Below, piece by piece: positions 9,250 through 16,066 of a stretch of DNA of 16,361 nt (the first letter of the stretch is position 1; the number at the start of each line of letters is the position of its first letter). A model generated the notes under the pieces. The model made no database searches. It saw nothing but the letters and a program-made list of their open reading frames with translations, and was not told where the DNA came from. Source of the DNA: Candidatus Hadarchaeales archaeon (lineage in GTDB: Archaea; Hadarchaeota; Hadarchaeia; Hadarchaeales; JAWBSP01); the NCBI GenBank assembly GCA_038842485.1, contig JAWBSP010000022.1, positions 1-16,361 on the forward strand, written 5' to 3'. A program made the position numbers and the translations under genes.

Positions 9250-9445
9250 CCGAGTTTGGCACACATGTAGCAAACCCACAAAAGGTGCGCGAGCAGGCAT
9301 TGGTTCGGGTCATCCTTAGCCTGTTGAGATACACTATTCCGCGATGTCGCTAGGTGTCTCTGTTTGTTTGCAACACGTGTAGCAAAAAGTTAGAGGCTCG
9401 CCAAGTGTTCATTTTTCGACGAGGTCTGATTCCTCCCAAACTCGG
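9250..9445. repeat. 10-bp perfect inverted repeat framing 196 bp
   Basis: CCGAGTTTGG (9250-9259) and CCAAACTCGG (9436-9445). Confidence 0.6.
9255..9386. repeat. Two near-palindromic 20-bp boxes 112 bp apart
   Basis: TTTGGCACACATGTAGCAAA (9255-9274) and TTTGCAACACGTGTAGCAAA (9367-9386) are 17/20 identical. The second is palindromic except for one pair. Confidence 0.75.
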
Positions 9446-9496
9446 CAGCGCTTTCGGCCCCCGGCGTAAAGTTAAAGGAAACAACCAAACCAATGA

Positions 9497-10624
9497 ATGA
9501 GGTACAGGATTTCGGTCCTTCCCGGTGACGGCATAGGGCCGGAGGTGGTGAGGGAGGGGGTGAAGGTTCTGGAGGCTCTCGCCGAGGTAACCCCCGGTCT
9601 CGATTTCGAATTCATTTATTTCCCCTGCGGCGGCGAGCACTACCTGAAAACCGGGGAGCTCATCACCGACGAGATGCTGGAAGAGATGTCCAAAACCGAC
9701 GCCATATATTTGGGGGCGGTTGGCGATCCCAGAGTTCCAACGGGGGTCCTGGAGCAGGGAATCCTGCTGAGGCTCAGGTTTCACTTCGACCAGTACGTCA
9801 ACCTGAGGCCGGTCAAGCTGTATCCCGGCGTCCCCTGTCCCCTGAGGGAACCCAAGAACATCGACTTCTATGTGGTCAGGGAGAACACCGAGGACTTTTA
9901 TATCGGGCTGGGGGGAAGGTTTTCAGGGAGGGGCAGGGAGCAGCTGGAGTTGGTGAGGGCCCTGTACAAGGCGAGGTTCGGTCTGGATTTGGAGTCGGAT
10001 GCGGACGAAATCGCCTACCAGCTAGGCGTCATCAGCCGGAGGGGGGCGGAAAGGGTCATCAGATACGCCTTCGAGCTGGCGAGGAGGAAGGGGAAACGAA
10101 GGGTGACCTCGGTCGACAAGGCAAATGTCCTCACCCACGTTTACTCGCTCTGGAGGGAGGTCTTCGAGCGGGTTTCGAAGGAGTATCCCGAAATTGAGGC
10201 CGAGGAGGCGTTCGTGGATGCCACTGCCATGTGGTTCCTGAAGAAGCCCGAGTGGTATGGGGTGGTGGTGACGCCCAATATGTTCGGCGACATCCTCACC
10301 GATCTCGGGGCCATGCTTCAGGGGGGAATGGGAATGGCACCTGGGGGTAACCTCAACCCCGAGGGCGTGAGCATGTTCGAACCCATCCACGGCTCGGCCC
10401 CCAAGTACGCGGGCAAGAACATCGCCAACCCACTGGCTACCATTCTCGCTGCTTGCATGATGCTGGAAGAGCTGGGCGAGGTTCAGGCGGCGCTCACGCT
10501 CGAGCAGGCGGTTAAAAGGCAGCTCGCGGAGGGTAAAGTGTTGCCCTACGATTTGGGCGGGCACGCCAGGACTTCCGAGGTGGGTGACGAACTGGTTCGC
10601 AAAATAAGGGAAATTAGTTCCTAG
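9497..10624 (+). CDS. leuB: 3-isopropylmalate dehydrogenase (beta-decarboxylating dehydrogenase family)
   Basis: Motifs [68 protein letters not shown]. Lies next to leuCD and ilvD. Confidence 0.88.
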   Translation: MRYRISVLPGDGIGPEVVREGVKVLEALAEVTPGLDFEFIYFPCGGEHYLKTGELITDEMLEEMSKTDAIYLGAVGDPRVPTGVLEQGILLRLRFHFDQYVNLRPVKLYPGVPCPLREPKNIDFYVVRENTEDFYIGLGGRFSGRGREQLELVRALYKARFGLDLESDADEIAYQLGVISRRGAERVIRYAFELARRKGKRRVTSVDKANVLTHVYSLWREVFERVSKEYPEIEAEEAFVDATAMWFLKKPEWYGVVVTPNMFGDILTDLGAMLQGGMGMAPGGNLNPEGVSMFEPIHGSAPKYAGKNIANPLATILAACMMLEELGEVQAALTLEQAVKRQLAEGKVLPYDLGGHARTSEVGDELVRKIREISS

Positions 10625-11148
10625 TGAAAGAGGGTCTTCTGAAGCTGGGTCTCAGGCTGCTGGGGATTCTCCTGTATGTGGGGCCCCTGCTTGCCGCCCT
10701 CTCGGTTCAAGGAGGGGATTTCATGAAAGCGGCGTTCGACCCCTCGCAGGTGGAGAAAATCCAACAAAAGATGGAGAACCTCTTCCAGTTCTCCGAAAAT
10801 ACCATGGTCAAGGAGAACTCCTGGCTGGGTGAGAACGGCGGTTGCGTCACGGTGAGGTTCACCTCCACCTCTCCGTTTCCCATGAGGATCGAGAACTTCT
10901 CGGGGTGGGCATCGTGCCCCCAGCACCGCGTGAGGCTGGCGTGGTTCGAACTACCGCAGCCGGTCGAAATCAATCCGGGGGAAACCAAGCGCTTCACTCT
11001 GACTTTCACTCCCACCCTAGGAGCCTCCCTTCATGTACTCCTCCAACATCTCGGCGTTTGGCCGGAAACGGAGCTGGAAAATGCGAGGATGAAGATTAGG
11101 ATGCTCGGCGCCGAAATTGAGTTGGCGCTCGGCGAGTATGAAGGTTAA
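10624..11148 (+). CDS. Hypothetical membrane-anchored protein with a probable extracellular beta-sandwich domain
   Basis: GTG overlaps the leuB TAG. N-terminal hydrophobic helix, then beta-rich sequence (VTVRFTSTSPFPMRI, VEINPGETKRFTL) reminiscent of LEA_2/WHy folds. Confidence 0.7.
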   Translation: MKEGLLKLGLRLLGILLYVGPLLAALSVQGGDFMKAAFDPSQVEKIQQKMENLFQFSENTMVKENSWLGENGGCVTVRFTSTSPFPMRIENFSGWASCPQHRVRLAWFELPQPVEINPGETKRFTLTFTPTLGASLHVLLQHLGVWPETELENARMKIRMLGAEIELALGEYEG

Positions 11149-11725
11149 TCCAGTGGGGGCGGTGGCGGGCGCTCTCATTCTTCTCCTCCCCTTCTTGGGC
11201 CCCTGGTGGCATGCCTCGCTCGGGGAGGCCGCGGTGGTCGAGCTTTCTCCCTTCGGCTACCGCGTCTGCGTGCTGGGCGAGCTCCTCCATTCCACGCTGG
11301 CGAGCTACCTCCTGCTGGGAGCGAAGGTCTCGGTCATCCTGGGAGGGATTTTTCTGCTGCTTGGTTCGCTTTTCCCGGGTCGATGGTGGAGCAGACCCTT
11401 GGTGAGGTTTGGGGTCATGAAGGTCTTCTGGATGGTGATCTCGCTCGTGGTTTTCCTAGTGGTGGCCTCCTTCGTTGCGAACTTTCTCCTCCGTTCGATC
11501 AGGCCAGAAGATGTCACACTAGACCTCAGTCTTCCCTTCCTGACGGGGAGTTCCGAGCTGCGGCTCTCCGGCGGAAACATGAGCGCCAGCATGCCGGTAG
11601 ATCTACACTTCACAGGGGTTTTCTGGATGGCGGTGGTTGTGGCGGGCTTTGGGCTGGCGGCAAGGATCACCGCAGGCCGGTTCCAAGGGGCACTGCCAGC
11701 CAAGCCCGCTAAGCCTAACAAATAG
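11138..11725 (+). CDS. Hypothetical integral membrane protein (about 4 TM helices)
   Basis: Four hydrophobic segments and PFLGPWW after TM1. ATG 11138 overlaps the upstream gene end. Confidence 0.72.
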   Translation: MKVNPVGAVAGALILLLPFLGPWWHASLGEAAVVELSPFGYRVCVLGELLHSTLASYLLLGAKVSVILGGIFLLLGSLFPGRWWSRPLVRFGVMKVFWMVISLVVFLVVASFVANFLLRSIRPEDVTLDLSLPFLTGSSELRLSGGNMSASMPVDLHFTGVFWMAVVVAGFGLAARITAGRFQGALPAKPAKPNK

Positions 11726-11740
11726 CTGGCGTATTTCGAA

Positions 11741-12046
11741 ATGGGCAGGAAGGTGAGGTTGTTACTGGATGAGATGTACACCGGTTTCAGGGAGTACCTG
11801 GAAAGTCTGGGTTGGCAGGTGCTCACGGTGGAGGAGGCAGGGTTGCGGGGTCAGGAGGACAGAAAGGTAGTGGATTTCGCGCGGCGCAGGGGCCTCCTGA
11901 TAGTAACACAAGATGCCAAGATGGCCGACCTCGCCGCTCTCAGGGGGGTGAAGTGCGTTCTGGTTTCGAATCTCATGATTGCTAAACTGATTGATGCCGA
12001 GATAAGAAGGAGATTGTCTGTGGCGGATAAGAGGCGAACCACCTAG
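11741..12046 (+). CDS. DUF5615/Mut7-C-like PIN-domain protein
   Basis: Acidic PIN pattern LLLDEM...LGWQV.TV..GL.G.ED..V..FA....IVTQD..M. Confidence 0.8.
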   Translation: MGRKVRLLLDEMYTGFREYLESLGWQVLTVEEAGLRGQEDRKVVDFARRRGLLIVTQDAKMADLAALRGVKCVLVSNLMIAKLIDAEIRRRLSVADKRRTT

Positions 12047-12225
12047 CACAGGGATGCCACAAACCGTACCAGAACTTGCGCACGCAGCGGGAAAGCGCGG
12101 TGATTCTGTGGGCGGAGAACTCTGAATTGCCTTGAAAACTGGAAGTAGGTTTACCCCGTAGTGGGAAAACATCTCGGCTTTTTATTGAAACGCTGAGGTG
12201 CTTTCGAAGATCAGGGTTAGTTTAC

Positions 12226-12250
12226 TGCACACGTGTGCATAACTTTAAAT
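12226..12250 (+). promoter_or_regulatory. 14-bp perfect palindrome next to a TATA-like box
   Basis: TGCACACGTGTGCA (12226-12239), then TTTAAAT (12244-12250), upstream of the CDS at 12312. Confidence 0.6.
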
Positions 12251-12311
12251 TCGAGACTCAATCGCCAAACGTGTTAGGGAGCTCGATTAATGCCGCTGTT
12301 TTTACATATAG

Positions 12312-13703
12312 ATGGGCGGGGATCCCCCTAGTGCGTGGATGGGGGGAGCCTTTATTGTGATATTGATTTTGTCGGCTACCCCAGTGTCAATTCAGTCTCT
12401 CCTTCCGGAGAACTACCCCAACAACCCCCCCATCCTGAGCATGGGCAAGGTTCTCCCAACTTCGGGGATGCTTGGGACAATCTTCACCTATGAGGGAATT
12501 TACACGGACCCAGATGGGGACCCTCCCTCACTGGTTACGGTTTGTATAGACGACGTTCCATTTAGCATGCGGATGGCTGGCGGAGCTCCGGAGAACGCCC
12601 TCTTCCAGCTTTCCATCGAACTAGGTGGTCTGGGAACCCGCACTTTTCATTTTGAAGCGGTTGATGCACGGGGGGCGCGCACCAGACTTCCTCCGGAGGG
12701 TGAGTTCGAGGGGCCGGTGGTGTTTCCGCCACCGGTGGAGAACAGGGTGGACAATCAGCCACCCGTCATCACGCTTCTCCACCTAACGGGGAATCCGCGG
12801 GCGGGTCAAACCGTTGAGATCCGGGTGCGGGTGACAGACGATACCCCGCCCATCCAAGTAGTCCTTTCGATGGGCGAAACGGGTGGGCAGTCGATCCTCA
12901 AATCGACCGCGCTCTCGGAGTCCGGCGATTTTGACCATCGGTTCGCAGCTCCCGAGCCTGGGCAACACCCCCTGTTCATTACCGCGACCGATGGCGCAGG
13001 AAACACGGGGCTGTATGTCACAAATATAACAGTCCTTCCGCCAGAGGAAATTCCAGAAAAGGGAGAAAATGAATATACGGCTCCGGCCCCCGCCCCCACC
13101 GAAAACATTCCGGTAAGGAGCATTTTTGAAAACTTGGAAGGCGCGGTGAAAACGATTCAGCTCGTGACCGGGGAGGAGAATGCGAAGGTGGTCGAAAATA
13201 AAATATTGGAGGGCAAGGCTGCTTACCTTCAGCTCACGCTTGAGAATAACCGGCCCACCGCCACCAAGATTTACGACAACCGCTACATCCAGCTCGTGGT
13301 GACCAAGGTCGAGGTGGGGAAGGAGGTGGAAGTGGCCGTGGATTCGCCCACACCGGCCGGAAAGACGGTTATCTTAAACTTGGAGGAAGCGCTTCTTCCA
13401 TCGCAGGTTGTGGTGCTGGTGGATAACGTTCAAATCCCGATGGCGGACAACTACGAGGATGTGATGGACCCCACCGGGGAAAACACCTGCGAGTATCTCC
13501 TCCTGATGGGAGCGCGGCAGGTTCAGGTCCTCATCTCCATCCCGCACTTCTCACGTAGGGTCATCACCATCAGGGGCCCGATCGCCGCCGGGGGAACGTG
13601 GACCCCGCTTCTTCTTTCGATCAGCGTGCTGGTTATCGTGGCCGTGCTCCTTTACACGTTCCGAAAGACTAGGCCCCAGCGCTCCGCGTTTGCACCGTTC
13701 TGA
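12312..13703 (+). CDS. Membrane-anchored surface protein with Ig-like domains, 463 aa
   Basis: Hydrophobic N-terminus (alternative start ATG 12339). Motifs NNPPILS..YTDPDGDPP, DNQPPVI, ATDGAGN, a Pro-rich linker, ISIPHFS and a C-terminal TM helix plus RKTR. Confidence 0.78.
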   Translation: MGGDPPSAWMGGAFIVILILSATPVSIQSLLPENYPNNPPILSMGKVLPTSGMLGTIFTYEGIYTDPDGDPPSLVTVCIDDVPFSMRMAGGAPENALFQLSIELGGLGTRTFHFEAVDARGARTRLPPEGEFEGPVVFPPPVENRVDNQPPVITLLHLTGNPRAGQTVEIRVRVTDDTPPIQVVLSMGETGGQSILKSTALSESGDFDHRFAAPEPGQHPLFITATDGAGNTGLYVTNITVLPPEEIPEKGENEYTAPAPAPTENIPVRSIFENLEGAVKTIQLVTGEENAKVVENKILEGKAAYLQLTLENNRPTATKIYDNRYIQLVVTKVEVGKEVEVAVDSPTPAGKTVILNLEEALLPSQVVVLVDNVQIPMADNYEDVMDPTGENTCEYLLLMGARQVQVLISIPHFSRRVITIRGPIAAGGTWTPLLLSISVLVIVAVLLYTFRKTRPQRSAFAPF

Positions 13704-13796
13704 AGATTTCCGCCAAACTCTATACACTGAATGGGATTTTTGTGCTTTCTGTTTTCTAAGCGACCACAGGCTGCTCGGGGGAGGTCTACACCAGCG

Positions 13797-14035
13797 GGGG
13801 TCTATTTCCTCGTTCGTCAGCTCACCATACTTGGCGATTTTGGTGTCAACTTTTTTGTAAATCTTTTGAAGCTCTTTGACCACGTCAGGGACCTCTAGCT
13901 TCTTCATTATTGGTAGCCATACACTATGAGTTTTGTTTTTGGCCCGATACCGAGCTTCCTCCTTATTGCTTAGGGGATCACTACCTGCCCCTTGCTACCG
14001 AGGACGGTCACGTCCAGTCTTTCATGTCAGGCCAT
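13797..14035 (-). pseudogene. AbrB/MazE/SpoVT-family antitoxin or regulator pseudogene
   Basis: Manual translation from ATG 14035: MA*HERLDVTVLGSKGQVVIP*AIRRKLGIGPKTKLIVYGYQ*, then a frameshift into MKKLEVPDVVKELQKIYKKVDTKIAKYGELTNEEID. Stops at 14027-14029, 13970-13972 and 13907-13909. KGQVVIPxxIRRKLGI is the AbrB signature. Confidence 0.85.
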
Positions 14036-14076
14036 TGATGTTCTTACCTACAAGTGTTGACAGTTTGACCAAAATG

Positions 14077-14161
14077 TGCGGGGGAGGGGATTTGAACCCC
14101 TGAACCCCTACGGGACGAGGTCCTAAGCCTCGCACCTTTGACCAGGCTTGGCTACCCCCGC
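14077..14161 (-). tRNA. tRNA-Leu(UAG), 85 nt, no intron, CCA not encoded
   Basis: Minus strand: GCGGGGGTAGCCAAGCCTGGTCAAAGGTGCGAGGCTTAGGACCTCGTCCCGTAGGGGTTCAGGGGTTCAAATCCCCTCCCCCGCA. Acceptor stem GCGGGGG/CCCCCGC, anticodon TAG at 14123-14125, long variable arm, discriminator A, then CATTTT. Confidence 0.97.
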
Positions 14162-14191
14162 TAAACTAATTTCGCGAGAAACAAAAAATTC

Positions 14192-14401
14192 CTACCAGAT
14201 CTTCTTTGGAAGTTTCCTCTCGAGGTAATCGCGCCTTGCCATGAGCTCGAACTTGGCCGTTTTCTTCGCCTGCTTGTAGCACCGCCTGCAGTACCATCGT
14301 CCCAGCACCTTTTTGGCGCACTCCCTATGGAGCGCGGCCGCACAGGTCGAGCACCTAACCCCTCTTGCTTCGATCTCTCTGCCGCACTCAGCGCACGGCA
14401 T
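14192..14401 (-). CDS. Small C4HC3 zinc-finger protein (PHD/RINGv-like), 69 aa
   Basis: Pattern C-x2-C-x10-C-x2-C-x4-H-x2-C-x7-W-Y-C-x2-C plus a basic tail. RBS GGAGGAGGGTGA. The start overlaps the end of the flavin reductase gene. Confidence 0.8.
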   Translation of the reverse strand: MPCAECGREIEARGVRCSTCAAALHRECAKKVLGRWYCRRCYKQAKKTAKFELMARRDYLERKLPKKIW

Positions 14402-14939
14402 CGTACTTCACCCTCCTCCCGGGTGTGATAAAGACCTCCCCGGCAAGCTGATAGAGCAAATCCCCCTCCTTCGTATAACTCTCGCCGTTAAAGTAGGCGG
14501 GATCCGAGTAGGCCGCCAGAACCTCCCCGACGAACAGAGTGTGGTCGCCCAGTTCTAGGGCCTCCCTCAGCCTGCATTCGATATGGGCAATGCACTCAGA
14601 GATTATTGGTGCCTTGACCCTCTTGGCGGGTGCGGCCGTGAGCCCGCACGTAGAAAACTTATCCACATGCTCGCCACTGCAGGAGCCCGTTTCCATCACC
14701 TCCTTGAGAAGTCCTTGGGTGGGGATGTTTATCACGAACTCCTTTGACCGCAGGATGAGCCCGTGCGAGTAGCGCTTGGGTGAGACAGAGATTCCCACGA
14801 GGGGAGGCTCGAAGGAGAGGGGAATTGACCAAGCAATCGGTATGATGTTGGGCCCCCTCTCCCCCATGCAGGTAACCAGGACCACCTGCCTCGGATAAAG
14901 CAGCCTGTATACCCTCCTCCCCGGGACCTCGACCTTCAT
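14388..14939 (-). CDS. Flavin reductase-like FMN-binding split-barrel protein (flavoredoxin/DIM6-NTAB family)
   Basis: Motifs LLYPRQVVLVT, LSFEPPLVGISV, EFVINIP, SGEHVDKF, ECIAHIEC, GDHTLFVGEV. ATG 14939 preferred as start. Confidence 0.9.
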   Translation of the reverse strand: MKVEVPGRRVYRLLYPRQVVLVTCMGERGPNIIPIAWSIPLSFEPPLVGISVSPKRYSHGLILRSKEFVINIPTQGLLKEVMETGSCSGEHVDKFSTCGLTAAPAKRVKAPIISECIAHIECRLREALELGDHTLFVGEVLAAYSDPAYFNGESYTKEGDLLYQLAGEVFITPGRRVKYDAVR

Positions 14940-14980
14940 CCGAGCCTGCAGAATGGTTGAATAAAGCAACAGTAGTTTTG

Positions 14981-16066
14981 ATGAGACTCCAGGTTGCTGG
15001 GCTCTCGGATGGGGGAGAGGGTGTGGCGGAAGTGGGGGGTAGGCGGATAAAGGTCTTGGGCGCCCTCCCCGGAGAGGAGGTGGAGGCGACGATGCTCACG
15101 GAATCCGTGGCCATGGTGAAGGAAGTGGCGACGGCTTCCCCCGACCGGGTTAATCCTCCCTGCCCCCTCTTCCCCCGCTGCACGGGTTGTCAGCTTCAGC
15201 ACCTCCGCTTTCCCTCACAGTTGGAGTTCAAGCGTACCAAGCTGGAGAGGATTCTCAGGGTAAGAGTTGAGCCCCCCATCCCTTGCGGGGAGTGGGAGTA
15301 CAGAAACCATGCAAGGCTCACCGTCCAGCGGGGGGAGGTGGGTTTCGTGAACAAGTACTCGGAGGAGTTCCTGAGGGTGGATCGCTGCCTTCTCATGGCA
15401 CCCAAGATAAACGAGCTCCTTTCCAAACTCCAGGACAGATGCACCAGCACCATGGTCTCCATCCGGGTGGGGATTAGGACGGGGGAGTATCTCATCCAGC
15501 CCGAGCTCCCCCTGCCAGAGCCCGCGACGGGACAACCCTTCTATCACGAACTCCTGCTCGGCCGAAGGTTCAGGGTTTCCTCCCCCTCTTTCTTTCAGCC
15601 CAACACGGACGGGACCGAGACCATGATCCGGATCATGAGGGAGTGGATAGGGAGTGCCGGAAAAATCGTGGATGCCTATGCGGGGGTTGGAACCTTCTCC
15701 GCCCTGCTCGCGGACCTCGCGGAGGAGGTGATCGCCGTGGAGGAGTCCCCGTCGGCCGAGCGGGATGCCAGATTCAACCTGAGGAACCTGGCAAACGTCA
15801 CCTTCCTGAGGGCGAAGGTCGAGGAGGTTCTCCCGCTCGAGAACACGGACGTGCTGATCTTGGATCCGCCCAGACAGGGATGCTCCCTCGCCGTTCTGGA
15901 GACTATCAAGCGGGCGCCCCCGAAACGTATAATATACGTTTCCTGTAACCCGCACAGCCTTGCCAGGGACCTCAGGCAGCTCGGATTCACCGTCGAGAAG
16001 ATTCAGCCCGTCGATCTCTTCGCCCAGACCCAGCACATTGAGGCCCTCGCCCTGCTGACTCCATGA
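14981..16066 (+). CDS. RlmD/RumA-family RNA (uracil-5)-methyltransferase with TRAM domain and Fe-S motif
   Basis: TRAM-like N-terminus (GEG..ALPGEEV), CPLFPRCTGCQLQH plus a distal Cys, FFQPN, DAYAGVG (SAM binding), LDPPRQG, YVSCNP (catalytic Cys), DLFAQTQHIE. ATG 14981 preferred. RNA target unknown. Confidence 0.92.
   Translation: MRLQVAGLSDGGEGVAEVGGRRIKVLGALPGEEVEATMLTESVAMVKEVATASPDRVNPPCPLFPRCTGCQLQHLRFPSQLEFKRTKLERILRVRVEPPIPCGEWEYRNHARLTVQRGEVGFVNKYSEEFLRVDRCLLMAPKINELLSKLQDRCTSTMVSIRVGIRTGEYLIQPELPLPEPATGQPFYHELLLGRRFRVSSPSFFQPNTDGTETMIRIMREWIGSAGKIVDAYAGVGTFSALLADLAEEVIAVEESPSAERDARFNLRNLANVTFLRAKVEEVLPLENTDVLILDPPRQGCSLAVLETIKRAPPKRIIYVSCNPHSLARDLRQLGFTVEKIQPVDLFAQTQHIEALALLTP

Noticed and set aside
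9250-9445. RNase P RNA, SRP RNA or mini-CRISPR
   Set aside because: No GAGGAAAGUCC or SRP helix-8 consensus on either strand. Only two 20-bp imperfect repeats with a 92-bp gap, and no cas genes.
10711-10721. GGAGGGGATTT matches 11 nt of the tRNA-Leu 3' region, and CGGGGGAGG at 13776-13784 matches 9 nt, as possible att sites
   Set aside because: Short, G-rich and low-complexity. The first lies inside an intact CDS, and there is no integrase in the window.
12055-12126. 23-codon ORF MPQTVPELAHAAGKRGDSVGGEL after the PIN gene
   Set aside because: Very short, with no clear RBS or antitoxin-like features.
13551-13907. 118-aa minus-strand ORF as a real gene
   Set aside because: Its first ~37 codons are the frameshifted tail of the AbrB pseudogene. 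The rest is read-through overlapping the convergent surface protein gene.
14077-14161. Functional link between tRNA-Leu and the leu genes (T-box or attenuator)
   Set aside because: About 3.5 kb from leuB on the opposite strand. I saw no T-box consensus or Leu-rich leader peptide, so probably coincidence.
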